Below, one piece after another: positions 25,356 to 39,300 of a DNA stretch of 64,000 nucleotides. How positions within the stretch are numbered: position 1 is the first letter of the stretch; each line of letters begins with the position of its first letter. The notes below the pieces were generated by a model that worked only from the letters and a program-made list of their open reading frames with translations, made no database searches and had not been told where the DNA came from. Made by a program: the position numbers and the translations under genes. The DNA is from Takakia lepidozioides (taxonomy: Eukaryota > Plantae > Bryophyta), in contig CM060733.1 of NCBI GenBank assembly GCA_030704615.1, positions 1,736,001 through 1,800,000 on the forward strand. The letters run 5' to 3'.

Positions 25356-27203
25356 AGTGGATTGGTAAGATGTGCGCTTTTAAGGTGGCCTATCCAAACG
25401 TGGCCAAAAAGGGGTTGGCTTCTTTGTCCGTGATTTCTTGTGTGACAATTGTAAAATTATCAATAAGGGTTTGTTGTGCAATTTCTTGTGTCCTGTTTTT
25501 CAATTTTTCTTTTTAGCACTTAGAGGCCAGTAGCCTGGGTGCAATTTTTTGCTAAGTCTCTTAATGAAATCTGTTGTTGGTTGCTGCGGATGACATCGCG
25601 GTTTGTCATCCAATAACTTTCTGGATGAGAACTTATGTGGATGGATTCCACTCCTTCACACGACATTCGGGCTATCAGTCTAGAGCTTCTAGCCGCTCGA
25701 GAGGGAGAGTCATCACAGTGGGCTTCAAGCACGAGGTTGTGCGCTTAAGGGTTTTGAAGAAGTGTTTCGGCGCTTTCTTTATATTCGGCGGTAGCATTTA
25801 GAGCCTGAGGGGCTGCATCCTGTTTTGTGTCAGCAATGGTGTCTGGCAGGAATCAGATGCGTTGGGATGGGGGCAGTCAGCAGCAGGCGATGGCGGCGAG
25901 GAATTTTGAGCGGAATAGAGCTCCGGGGACATACATGAAATGGTGGCACCGGATTGTGGCACTTACGATACCACTCGACTTCCCGTGGAAGGTAGAGACG
26001 GAGGAGACAAGAGGAGGAGTGATTCAGCTGTAGGGAGGACACTCTCCTGGTTTTTGATTTTGTCTTGGGCATGTGAGAGAGCGGTAATATGGAGGTTAAG
26101 TTGTAGGGTGATGCATGAGAGAAGGTGACAAGTAGGGGGCTGACTCTGCCCAAATCTGAGAAGAGAAGAAGATGATGTCTGGACCTAGATTCTACCCACT
26201 GCAGTGGGCATCACATTCTCTATTTTGAGTTTCCAATGCATGCACACTTGGGAGATTTCTGATGTGTTCCACTTTCTGTAGTTGCATGATGTAGAAAGAA
26301 ATTGCTAGCTCGCAACTTAGAGTTGTTGGTGATGGTAGGTGTTATCATTTTGATTCCTAGATGTTCTTGGGCTGCAATCAGCAGATGGGTGACGTTAGGG
26401 TGCTGGACCAGCTTCTGTTGAGTCTACTTGAAGGAAAGGCAAATGAGGGAAGCATAAGAGGATGAGTGAGAGAGGAAAAAGGGAGGAAGTCTGGAGAAAT
26501 AGAGGCTGAATGCATCATGTGGCCTCATGGTGAGAAGAGAAATACTGTGTGCTAGTGAATGATGACATCTCATGGGAATGTACCCCTTCATGGTGATTTT
26601 GCCGAACCGATGACAAGCTACTGGCATATGCAATTGCTTTCGTCGATTTAAAGTGACCGAGCCTGTTTCCTTTTCTCTTCCGCTGCAGGGCAGTAGGTAA
26701 CGAGTATGAATTTGATATCTTAAACAATTCTGATGATGAACTAAAGGAACCGTACATGTTTCCTTTTCTCTTCCGCTGCAAGGCAGCAGGTATATCGGGA
26801 ATGAACATGAGATGTAGGTGAAAGGTTAGTAACTGGGCTTTTTGCGTAGGCTCGTCTTTTCACACCACAGGTTTGCGGTATGAACATAGTATATGGCTAA
26901 CACTGAAATTGAAAGACGATGTGAATACGAAGGACCTCTTTGTGGGCTGTGTTTATATGCCCATAGAGGGGACCCTTAGTGTTGACGTAGACAGATGCAA
27001 GGTGACGTAATCCAAAATTGACCATAATCACAAAAGTACATGTTTTGGAAAATTTGACCTTGCCCCACCCTTCATCTATAATAAATGGTTATATTTAATG
27101 AAGACAATTACATGGGTATTTTGGTTTTCATATTGTAAAGGACTTTATGAAAATGGGTGTTATTGGTAGGTTGATAAGTCTCCACATTAGCTCCTGCAAA
27201 TCC

Positions 27204-27240
27204 GCATCCTCTGATTGCATGTCACATACTGCAATTGTCA
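27204..27240 (-). pseudogene. Tiny MULE transposase fragment
   Basis: Minus strand encodes TIAVCDMQSEDA, matching ~4575-4612. Confidence 0.55.
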
Positions 27241-27774
27241 GCTAAATCTGTGAGGGTTGCCACTATCATCCTGTTTTCATCCATACCGGATGATAACAGC
27301 CAGGATATTAATTTTTCATTCCTCTTTTATTGCTTTTTTCATCCATACCGGATGAGAAATTTTGGGATGTTGAATTACCTGTGAGGTTGTGAACCGTTGC
27401 CATGGATGATATTTCCCATTTTTTCATCCTCCTGAAAGATTCTTTCAACGGATGAGCTCATGGATGATTTTTCTCTGTCATCTGAACCGGATGATGTGTA
27501 CAGCTGTTTATGGCCCTGATTTGATCTTGTAGGAGGGGAAACAATCGAAATGTTCAAGTCCTTCAAAGTCTGATCCAGCACAATGACGGCGCGCTTTTCA
27601 AAACTAAGATCAATCCTAAAAGAAAAGATCAATTAGTCTAGAGTTCGTTCGTTGGGAAAGCACTATACGACTAATATATAATGATGCTAGACTATTCTAC
27701 CTCTCTCTATTCCTTCTTTGAAACAACTTTTACCAACAGTCATCTTCATCTAACACGATCATCACTCTCCAGAT

Positions 27775-28325
27775 TCATAAATATTCTCTCCATCTTCTAT
27801 TAACTCTGCTCCATCGGCTGAAATCAAATACCATTGCTCCACTATTTTTCCTCCAATAATCTCTCTGATACAAAGCCAACAGCTCTCGATACCATTCTTT
27901 ACTGACTAACCATAGATTGATTATCTCTTTGTCGCTACATTGTAGGCTTTTAAAGATATCTAGAGACAAACTATTAGGCAGTCCGGTAATTAGTTCTACA
28001 GGATATGCTATCTGTTCTCCTTCACACATCGCTAGTGATCATTCTTCACCACCAATTCTGTTTCTCCAGTCGCTCCAGGGATTTTCCCTCACCAAAATTA
28101 TGATTCCATTCTCTCATAAGTTCAGGATAGCATTTAAATGGTCTATACCACTTCTGCAACCAACTATGCTTCCAATAACAACTCCGGTATAGGATGGATA
28201 TCTCCCTACACCATCATTTATTGACCAATTGCAATAAGAATACTTCTTTATCACTACAACAAAACTTTTGAAAGATTGTTATCGATAAATGGTCTGGTAA
28301 TCCAGTGATCAACTCTGACACTTCT
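27775..28325 (-). pseudogene. Two tandem F-box-like motifs, the second degenerate
   Basis: ELITGLPNSLSLDIFKSL..NLWLVSKEWYREL in ORF 27775-28029, and ELITGLPDHLSITIF...QLVNK*WCRE at ~28200-28320; both resemble the LxxLP...I...L...VSKxW F-box pattern. Confidence 0.45.
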
Positions 28326-30379
28326 TTTATTCCCTCACCATGGCTCTCTGCCATGCAAATGATGTTACTTCACAATTATACTCCTACCCTGAATCCAATT
28401 GAAGACTCTTTCTATCTTGTTTCCTTAATCTGCTCCTTCTTGAGCTTTGAATCTCCCTATCGATATTTCTCTTGATAGACCAGAAACTAATTCTCACATC
28501 GAATTCTTATCTGTTTCATTTATGCGCATTCTCACCATCTCATATAATTATGGTTCTTCAGTTCTTACACACAGAAACACCTTCTCATTCCATCACTCCA
28601 TTCTTCACACATACACAAAGTGAATTGCACTTCTTTTTCTTCTTCTTCTCATTCATAAATCACAACACTGCAAGAACGCAGTATTAAATCTACCATTGCA
28701 GAATAACTCTATAGTCTATCTTTTACTCACTTTGTTCTCCTACTCCCGGTCACGGCTCTCTGGCTCAATTGACACTTTCTGCTTCTCAGGAACGCATTAT
28801 ATAGCAGGTCGGTTCAATAACTGTAATAACCGCTCAAACTCCTTCATCCATCCTTTACAATTATTCATCCATTTCTTCTATCATTCAGTCCAAGATAGAC
28901 TATCGACTGTATACAAGATATTGAAGAATACTGCCCTATCGCAGCAATATCGAAGGTATCGCAGGCTATATCGATGAGAAAGATATTAAAAAGTTCTGAA
29001 AATTGTCATTAAGTCAGAAATTCCTATTATTCTACAGATCTTAATTACCCCTAATTATGGTTAATTATGGTGTGAAACCCTAACCCCCACCCTTCAAATT
29101 ATTTTTTTAACCTAGCTACGGATGGAATCCGTCGGGTTCGAGGGATGTTGTGACTATTTTTCATCCGGCACGGATGAAAAATCGGGCAAATGCCCTAAAC
29201 TGTCTCTCCGCCGTCAGAAGCACAGGCTGTGCTTCTGAGCATTATGACGTCTGCGTTCTTGCTGCTGCCCCGTTTGCTGCATGGTACCCGTGCTGAGCGA
29301 CTTCCTCGGGATGCGCAACATGGCGGCACTTGGTCCCTTTACATGCGGAGACAAAGCTGTGAATGCTTTGTTGTGTTCCCTCCTCTGCCTTTAATTTTTT
29401 GCAGCGGCGCCTATGGTGGGAAGTCTCTCTCCCTCCCCTTCTTAACCTTGCAAGCTTGCTTGTATGCCTCATTGCTTCTTTGCTTTTTTGGAGGCGACTT
29501 GCTGGTGGTAATGGCGCACAGCTCTCTTTCCCAATCGCTCAAGGTGCTTTTGGTGACTAGGGTTCATTCTGTTTTTGTCTTCATCTCTTTCTTTAGAAGT
29601 TCTTGGTTGACATCGATGACAAGTGTGGGGGATCTATGATTCACCTGGGGTTCCACAATCCTCACTAACATGTTGGTTGTTGTGGGGGCTTGTGATGGGA
29701 CCAGGTGAGGATCCCCACTTGCTTTGAATTTTCTTGAGCATACAGATGTGGATGTGGGCAGAGGAGCCCCTTGTCTTGTTGCGTCTTGATATGGCTGATG
29801 ACTCCAGCCTCGATTTCGGCCCGTCTGCTCCTGGTTTGGCATGCTGCCCTGTTATCATGTCCCTTACATGAACAAACCCCGCCCTCCCACCCTTTTTATC
29901 ATGAACGATTGGGTGATGTCAATCGGGAAGCTATGACAAGAATGGAAGTGTTAGGTGGTGCCCTGTTTTGGGCTGTTTACGTCTTTAATTGACAATGACC
30001 CTAGTGGGTCTTGTCCATGTCTTGACATGACATGAGTATCTTCCCTCTCTTTCTATTTCCAGTGTACTTGGTGGTTCTTGTACAACACCATCTACCACTT
30101 TCCTTTCTGGTTATTTCTTCATCATATTGATATACTAACATGGTTTTTTTTCTGGACTGGCAGAAGGCCCCTCCATGACAAAGATATGGAGCAATGACCT
30201 TCATAAGGTATGTCCTCCAGCAAAAACTTGTTGGTAAAATTAGGCACGGAGGTCTTTAAGATAAGCATAGTGCTTTTGAGGGTTGTCTTCATACTAATAT
30301 ATTGAGCTAGGCCCAGGTAAAACCACCCGCAGGAGTATGTGTACACCTTCTACACGATCCGGTCAATGCACACTACTCG

Positions 30380-33300
30380 TGTTAGACCACAGCCTATTAC
30401 AGTATATCACTGCTTATCACAGCTTGTCACAGCTCAACATAGGCAACAGAGCCCACACAAGTCGCACAGTCCATAGGGGCAGTGACAGATGGACGCAAGT
30501 TAATGTCAGTTAGGTGGCCGGTAAGTGTAAATACAATTTGGAAGTCAAACTCGGAGAATGTGCCACGCGGCCAGAGGAAGACGGAAGAGTGTTTGAATTC
30601 AAACACGTGGCTTAAGGGGCAAAGCACTCCGCATTGCATGTACTGCAATAACGAGCGCCATCACACAAGAAGACAAACAGGGCCGTCAAAGTACCTACCC
30701 GGTACATCAGCCGAAACTTATTATGAGCCCATTAATGCATCAAGAGGACAGGTAATGGAACCCTTTACGCGTCCGGCAAAGGGGAACCTTTGCCACATAT
30801 GCAGTCCTAGTGGTCATTCCAAGCTGGAATGTGAACAGATTAGGGTAAAAATGAGAAGCTACCTAAAGAGGCAACGGCCAATCAGCAACGTGAATTTTGT
30901 GCAAGAGATTCCATTCAAGAAACAAGAACAAGAAATTAAGAAGATTATGAGCGGAAGAATAGGTGTTATTCCAGATAACCAGTGTCTCGGCGGGAGAGGC
31001 AATCAAAGCTATAGCTTTGTAGCTATGGCGGATATCACGGACTATACACTAGCTCTACTTCTTACGCAGTGGCGCAAGGAAGGACAGGTCGAAAGTACTT
31101 TCTCTCTCACTCACTATTTGCAAGCCCCGCAGGCTTACACTCACTTGCCTGTTCCATTATGTGCTAACCACACTTTCATGCTCCTACGCCTTACAAGCTT
31201 TCCTGCAGTTATTCCAAACAAGGCCTTCTTGTTTGTCTGGGATGAAGAGAATTAGAGTGATGGAGGATCTCCGGGTGAAGAGCACGACGATTCTACATAA
31301 GCAAACAATCGATACACCACATGTAGTGCAGCTGCTGAAGGAGTTGCGGTTGGAGGGGTTGTTACGCAAAGAGTGGTCTTTGCATCATCGGGATTTGATG
31401 ATCAGTTCATCAAGAACTTCGAGCCACGGACAGGAGTTACCCAGTGAAGGGCGTAGATATACAGGTTACTCCGCAATACTTGTAACAACTTTTTGAATTA
31501 CCATCTGGTAATATGAGCATGGATGAGCACAAGGCAAGATTGCAAATAGGGGATCTTTTCCAAGAAACGAGTTTCTTCAGGAACCAGAGATTCACTTGCA
31601 CCAAAGCCGAGTATCCAGGGTTGAGGGAGATTGGCCAGATACTAAACATTTTGTTTGTCATGAAACAGAACTAGCAGTATCTTAGCAGATCTTTCACGGA
31701 GGAGGTTCTGAAAGCTTTGAGGGAGAGGATGTAGCTTGGGCGAGATGATGTACACTGGTCTGGTGGAGGAGATGAAACGGTTACAGAATACTACTGCCAA
31801 GTCCCCAATCATTGTGTCTGGCCCAATTATTGCACAGATTATCTTTGATTCTTGCTTGCTTGATGCACGAGAACGCAAAGTAATGGGGGTGTTTGAGGCA
31901 GCCACAACTGTAGTTGAGGAGCAAGGCTCTTCACAAGGTCAAGGGGGATTGGAGGGGCAGCACCAGTCCAAGAGACAGAAGAGGGACGCAACTGTAGTGG
32001 CAGATCCACTGGCCACAAGGAATCCTCAAGATGATGTTTCCATAGCTCCTGTGCAGGATGATGAGCAACAACACAATAGGCTGTTATTACTGGAAGCACG
32101 GCCATTAGAGAGGGAGGAAGAAGTCACCTCAGTACCACAGCCAGCACAGTAAGCTGACTAGGTTGCCCTAGTGGTAACTCAGACCGGACATGCTGTTACA
32201 CCGGAGCCTCTTACTATGGAGAGAGAGGGGTTGGACATCCCCAGTACAGAGCAAGTAGTGGCAGAAATTGAGAAGGACGACCTTCTCTATGAAAACTCTG
32301 GCATGGTCGGAGAACCTATGGTACCAAAGATGCAGAGTCTGCCCAAGGAAATCCCTGCTGTGCAGGTTATGCCCAAACTTGTGGCGGAGGTTAAAGGGGT
32401 AAAGGGCAAGGGTACTATAGCACCTGTGGAGGATGAGGTTGCTCAGGAAGAAGATCTTATGGGATCATGGCCTGACTAGTTTGCGAAACATCAAACTGTG
32501 GAGAATCATGAAGAACAGCAGCAAGTTCTCCATGAAGACCCACAACAGGCCATGCTTATGAGTTCCATAAGCAGGACTCTCAATCTGTTGGGCACCTATG
32601 TTAAGACCCCTGTTCCTTCCACTGATCAATTGGCAGCATTACGGGAGGAGCTCAAGCAAGAGTTTGAGGCAAGAATTGCCACTGGATGTGGAGGCCAACC
32701 TCAAGTTGCAGAAAGAGTTGGAGGACACTAAGGCTGCCTTACATCTTGCGAAGGAAAATTCAATTGAAGCAGGTCTTGAGCAAGAGAAGTTGCATGAAGT
32801 GCATAAGCAACAGCTATACCAGTTGCAGGTTAAGCATGAAGGCAAGTTGCAGGAAGTGAAGTTGCTTCATACAGAATTGGAAGCAGTCCATCAAAAAATG
32901 ACCATACAGTGTGCAACACTAATGACTAATCTGGAAATGGCTGCACTAGAAGTTAAGAACCAAGCTGAGAGATGTATAATGGCGGAGACAGAATCAATGG
33001 AGCAGGGGAAACTCATTGCTGACATGAAGGCTACTATCTGTCACAACAAAGATACCATTCAACAGTTCCACCAGGTCGATGCCCATAAAAGACAGGTACA
33101 TCTATGAGTTGCAGCAAACAATCACAGTACGGGAGAATGAACTTTCTGTGACTTACAGGGCCTGGAAAGAAGCCAATAATCTATCAGCTGCCTATGCAGC
33201 TCTGGTTGAGCCTCATACAAAGCGCATGGAGACTTTACAGCAACAGTTGGACACATACAGACTCAAGGAGGAGCAGGATCTCCGTGGTGTTACACAGGAC

Positions 33301-35335
33301 TTGGTGGATAATCATATTTTGCAAGAGTGGTTAACACAAGGGCCAGTGGAAGGGAAGGCACCAAGAAAGCTCACCCAAGATGAGAGGAATGATCTCTGGT
33401 TACGGGTGCAAAACATTGCCACAACCACTATAGATAATGTCTACAGTCGGATAGCTGAGTTGCAGGAGGATGTGGAAGGGCTGCAGACTCAAGTGGATGA
33501 CTTGAGCTCCAACATTGACAAAAAGGCCTTTGTTCCTAAGGAACAGCTCATGGCTACTTGTCTGCATGCCAGGACTTTGATTTTCCAATCTTCGGTACAG
33601 GAAGTGCAGGACTTGCCAACAGGAGGGACTGTGGCAACCGCATTACAGCAACCGCCAGGTCGACAATGTTGATACCATGGCACTGCAGCAATCACTGTCT
33701 GAGGTTTGGGGTGATGCTTCTTTTAACCCACCTACTACTCCTGCTGCACTTGAATACAATCGGACTATGATTCTACCCTTCAACCAAATTCCCATTGTTA
33801 TGGATTTGGCTTGGAAAGAATTTAGTCCTCCAGAGTCTTTGGCACACTATTACCAGATTATGCGCATTTGGTTGCCAGTGGCAACTTGGACTAAAGTTCT
33901 TCCAAATGACAGACCCATTGAAGATCACCATTTTGCACGGTACTGGTCTGAGGCAGGCACCATGCTGAAGGAATTGATTACCTTCCAGATTGTTCATGGA
34001 TACATCTACACCAAGACCAAGGAGGTACCTAGTTTGGTCATGGGTTGTGGACTGTATTTGCTGCTTGTTTTATTTCACGCTATCACATTGAGCAGCAAAA
34101 GATGCAGATGAGATTTCAGACTTATTCCAATGGGGAGCATTGGGTGTTACCTTCAGTTCCATCATATACATATCTGTATGATGTAAGGATCATGCTTCAA
34201 AAGGATCCCCAACTTCGTTCTTGGTTTACTTTTGCTCTGGAGAATTTGGCCAAGGAGAACTTGGGTCTTGACCAACACATTTTTCCTAAGGGCATGAAGA
34301 CAGAAAGTGGTTACACTTTTCCAAGTCATTGGCACACCACTTAGCTTACAGACGATTGAACTGAGGGCATACACTAATTTGCCAAAAGCGGTTGATACAA
34401 GTCTTAAAGTTTAAGCTTCCAAACATGTGGGCATACACTATATCCAGTCAGGATTCCTGAGAAGCTTCAAGGCACCGAAAGGCCATCGGGGGGAAGATGA
34501 TTCGAATACTACTAGTTCTGTGGAGGGGGGTTTTGACATGGCTGAGGATTATGTGATACAAAATGGCCGAGAAGAAACGACGGGGATCTCCTATGCCTGA
34601 GAAGTTACCTCCTTATCAGCCAAAGGCAAGGCGGTCAGTTCCATCTAGTCGACAGTCATCCCCACCAACCAGCGACATGGTTCGGGCTCACACACAGAGC
34701 CCTTCGAGGGACTCTCACCGGCAGAAGGGTGCTCATTCACAAAGGTTTGCTGATCCTAAATAGTAAACCATGAGGACACGGTTTTTTGAGAGGGGGAGGG
34801 ATAATGTTAGAGGGTTGTCTGGGACTTGGACAGTTTTACGGTTCTGTGGGGTACCCTTAATTTTGTGGCAGACTTACGGATGGTAGACTCAGACCAACAG
34901 AGGCCTTAGGAGTGACAGACACAGGCCTTAGGGGTGGTAGGCAGGCTCACACAGTCAGTCACGGGCTTACACAGTTGTCACAACCTGACTTTGCCTGACA
35001 TAGCTTGTCACAGTCTTACACAACCTATCATAGCCTATCACAATCAGTCACAGTCTATCACAGCCCAACACAGCCCGACACAGCTAGTCACAGTTCGGCA
35101 CAGTCACAGCCCGATACAGCTTGGCACAACCCGTCACAACGTTCACAGGAACGGTTATCATTGGCAGGGAACGACTGTATGGGAACGACATCTGCAGAGG
35201 GAACGTGCATTCTGTCTTGGATAACAGTTAGTTAGTTAGGCGGTTAGAACAGCTTGCAGGTAGAATAGGCAGAGTAGCGACATGGAGGGGGTGACTTCGT
35301 GGAGATCACTTCTTGGACATCACTGGAGGAGATCT
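30380..35335 (+). mobile_element. 3' half of a Ty3/gypsy element (copy A): accessory ORF, PPT and truncated 3' LTR starting at 34805
   Basis: Homologous to the reverse complement of ~35760-40700; PPT gagagggggaggg at ~34787-34800; LTR begins tgttagaggg at 34805. Confidence 0.85.
30482..34763 (+). pseudogene. Long accessory ORF in the env position, copy A, frameshifted: CCHC knuckle, plant-transposon-protein-like domain, long coiled coil
   Basis: Chain of ORFs 30482-31255, 31161-31496, 31736-32152, 32171-32479, 32598-33107, 33079-33672, 33677-34111, 34045-34344 and 34563-34763; CHICSPSGHSKLEC; heptad-rich E/Q/L/K region. Confidence 0.7.
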
Positions 35336-35499
35336 GTTGAGCGGCTCTTACTCACCCATCCCTTCGCTATCGGAGGTGGGAACTCCAAGATAGAAGAGTT
35401 GGATATCTCTAAGCACTCAGCCCGCTCAGAACAATCAGTCATGACCTACAACTAGTGAATCATGGTTGTGCTTCCTGTTTATATTTCTTCTTGCCTTCA

Positions 35500-36316
35500 T
35501 GTTAGCAAATTACCTTACTGTGTATACTGAAGCATCAGATTGCTTCAGTATCTATCAGTTCACTCATCCATTCATTCCACAACTTCACTCAAATCTCTCT
35601 ACACAGTGTGATTGTATTGAATAAGTATCAGATTAAGATTTATCAGGTATCAGGCCGAAGCCATGGTGTCTCTAATCTGCTCTACAATATCACAGCTTTG
35701 CATGTAATGAGCATCTACTGTTCATCTCTTCTCCTTCACCGTGCTCTCCATCCCTGCTCTCCGCCTGATCTCCTCCCGTGCATGACCAAGAAGTGCTCCC
35801 TCTGAAGTGTCCTCTATGATGCTTGCTCTGCCTATTTTATCTACAAGCTGTTCTAACCGCCTAACTAACTAACTGTCACCTAAGAAGTAAACACGTTCCC
35901 TCTGCAGATGTCATTCCCACACAGTCGTTCCCTGCCAATGATAACCGTTTCCTATATACGCTGTGACGGGCTGTGCCAAACTGTGTCGGGCTGTGACTGT
36001 ACCGAGCTGTGACTGGCTGTGTCGGACTGTGTCGGGCTGTGTGAAACTGTGTCGAGCTGTGATTGACTGTGATAACTGTGTAAGGCTGTGTCGGGCTGTG
36101 TAAGGCTGTGTATGGCTGTGATAGACTATGATAGGCTGTATACGGTGTAAGACTGTGACTGAGTGTGTAAGCCTGTCTATCACACCCCTAAAGCCTGTGC
36201 CTATCACCCCTAACGCCTCTGTTGATCTAAGTCTACCCATCCGTAAGTCTGCGCAAAAATTAAGGGTACCCCACAGAACCCATAAAAGTGTCTACGTCCC
36301 AAACAGCCCTCTAACA
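35500..36316 (-). repeat. 3' LTR of copy B (~817 bp)
   Basis: Inverted termini TGTTAG...CTAACA (tgttag at 35500, ctaaca at 36311-36316); its first ~530 bp match 34805-35335. Confidence 0.8.
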
Positions 36317-36348
36317 TTACCCCTCCCCCCTCTCAAAAAGCTGTGTCC

Positions 36349-39300
36349 TCACAGTTTACTGTTTAGGATCAGCAAACCTTTGTGAGCGAGCACCCTTCTG
36401 ACGGTGAGAGTCATTTGGAGGGCTCTGTGTGCGAGCCCGAGCCCTGTCACTGGCTGATGGAGGCGATTGATCACCAAATGGAAATGTCTGACCCTCCTGT
36501 GGTTGATAACGAGGTAACTCTCAGGCATAGGAGATCCCCGTCGTTTCTTCTCTGCCATCTGGAGTGCATAGTTCTCCGCCATGTCAAAAGGTTCCTCTGT
36601 AGAACCAGTAGTATCATAATCATTTCCCCCCTTGAGGTGTTTCGGTGGCCGAACTTTAAGTGGCTCCTCAGGAATCCTACGTGGCATACAGTGTTGGCCC
36701 ACCATGTCTGGAAGCTTAAACTGTACTACTTGCTTTAATCGCTTGCAAGCAAAATGAGAGAACTCCCTGAACTCCTTGGCCGTATAGGTGAGAGGTGTGC
36801 CAATGACTTTGGAACAGTGTAAGTATTTCCAGGCTTCATGTCTCTTATAGAAAATATCATCAGGGCCCAATTTCTCTTTGGCCAAGTTGTTCCAAGCCAA
36901 ATTAAAACCATTAACGAAGCTGGGAATCCTTCTGCATCATGACTTTTGCATCATACAGATACATATGGGGTGGAACTAAAGGTAAGACCCAATGATCCCC
37001 ACTGGAATAACTCGGAAATTGTGATTGCATCTTCTGCTGCTCAATGTGATAACGTGCAATGAAACAAGTAGCATAGTAGAATCCACAGCCCCAATACTAG
37101 ATACTTCCTTGGTCTTGATGTAGATGTACCCATGAACAACCTGGAAGGCAATTAATTCCTTCAACATGGTGCGTGCCTCAGACCAGTACCTTGCAAAATG
37201 ATGATCCTCAATGGGTCGATTGTTCGGAAGAACCTTAGTCCGAGTTGCCACTGGCAACCAAATGCGCATGATCTGGTAATAATGTGCCAAAGACTGTGGA
37301 GGACTGAATTCCTTCCAAGCCAAATCCATCACAATGGGAATTTGGTTGAAGGGCATAATCATAGCCCGATTGTACTCCAGTGCAGCAGGAGTCCTAGGTG
37401 GATTAAAAGCAGCATCCCCCCAAACCTCAGACTGTGGCTTTGCCATGGTATCAACAGGGTCAGCCACCTGCACAGCCACCTGCTATGGGGGCTGTGATAT
37501 TGCCGCCACTGTCCCTCCTACTACCGGCAACTCCTGCCCCTCTGCGAAGAAGACTGAAAAATCAGAGTCCTGGCATGCAAATAAGTAGCCACCAGCTGCT
37601 CCTCGGGAACAAAGACTCTTTTCAAATTGGAACTCAGGTCATCCACTTGAGTCTGCAGCCCTTTAACTCCGCTATCCTACTATAAACATTGTCTATAGTA
37701 GTTGTGGCAATGTTCTGCACCTGCAACCTGAAATCATTCATCTCCCCTCTGAGTGAGCTTTCGTGGTGCCTTCCCTTCCACCGGCCCTTGTGTTAACCAT
37801 ACTTGCATAAGATGATTATCCACCAAGTCCTGTGTAGCACCCCTGAGAGCCTGTTCCTCCTTGAGTCTGTACACATCTAACTGTTGCTGTAAAGCCTCCA
37901 TGCGCTTCGCATGAGGTTCAACCAGGGCCGCATAGGCAGCAACCAAATTATTGGCTTCCTTCCAAGCCTTGTTAGCCACAGAGAGTTCATTCTTTTGGCC
38001 CGCGAGTGTTTGCTGCAACTTCAAGGATGTACCTTTCAATCTCAGCCTCAACCTGACTGTTTTGTTAGAAAGTAACCTCATTGCGACAGATTATAGCCCT
38101 CAAATCAGCAATGAGTTTCTCTTGCTCTACTGTCTCAGCCTCTGCCATCATACACCTCTTTGCTTGTTTGTTAAATTCTAATGTCGTTTGTCCAGAGCGG
38201 TTGTCAGTGTGGCACATTGGATGGTCATTTTCTGATGAACTGCCTCCAACTCTATATGGAGCACGTTGCAACTTGCCCTCATGCTTCACCTGCAATTGGT
38301 ATAGCTGTTGCTTATGTGCTTCATGCAACTTCTCTTGCTGTAGACCCGCTTCAATCAGATTCCCCTTTGCTAGCTGCAGGGCAGCCTTCGTGTCCTCCAA
38401 TTCTTTCTGGAGGAGGTTGACCTCCATATCCACCTTGTTTGCACACTTGGTGGCAATTCTAGCCTCAAATTCCTGCTTGAGTTCCTCCCTCAAAGCTGCC
38501 AATTGTGTGGATGGAACATGAGATTTCACATAAGTGCCCAACAAATTGAGTGTCCTGCTTATGGAACTCATAAGCATGGCCTGTTGTGGGTCTTCATGGG
38601 AAAACTTGTTGATGGTCCCCCTGATTTTCACAGTGTGATGTTTCACCAACCATTCAGGCCATGTTCCCACAAGATCTTCTTCCTGAACGACCTCATTCTC
38701 CACAGGTGCTGCAGTGCCCTTACATTCTACCCGGAACCTCCCCACAGGTTCGGGCATCACATGCACAACAGGGATTTCCTTGGTCAAACTCTGCATCTTT
38801 GGTACTACTGGTTCCTTGTCCAAGCCAGAGTTTTCATAGAGAAGGTCACCCTTCTCAATTTCTGCCACTACTTGCTCTGTAGTGGGAATGTCCAACCCTT
38901 CTCCTTCCATAGCAATAGGCTCGGGTGTAACAGCATGTACTAACTGAGTGACCCCCGAACAATTGAGTCAACTGGCTGTGGTGGCTGTGGTACTGAGGTG
39001 ACTTCTTCCTCCCTCTCCAAAGGCCGTGCTTCCAGCAATAACAGCCCCCTGTGCTGCTGCTCTTCATCCTACACAAGCGCTATGGAAACATCATCTTGTG
39101 GTTTCTTTGAAGCTAGTGGATCTGCCACAGTCGTATCCCTCTTTTGTCTCTTGGACTGGTGCCGCCCCTCCAATCCACTTTCACCATGTGAAGAGCCCTG
39201 CTCCTCAATTACAGTGGTTGCTGTCTCAAACACTCCCATCTCCTTACGTTCTCGCGCATCAAGTATGCAAGAATCAAGGATAATTTGCGCAATTATTGGG

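Noticed and set aside
35335-35433. Short TG...CA segment with imperfect inverted ends
   Set aside because: Single copy with no TSD, so too weak to call as an element.
35646-35656. iMet PBS-like ggtatcaggcc suggesting a further + strand element
   Set aside because: It lies inside the minus-strand LTR 35500-36316, the match is imperfect, and no gag follows.
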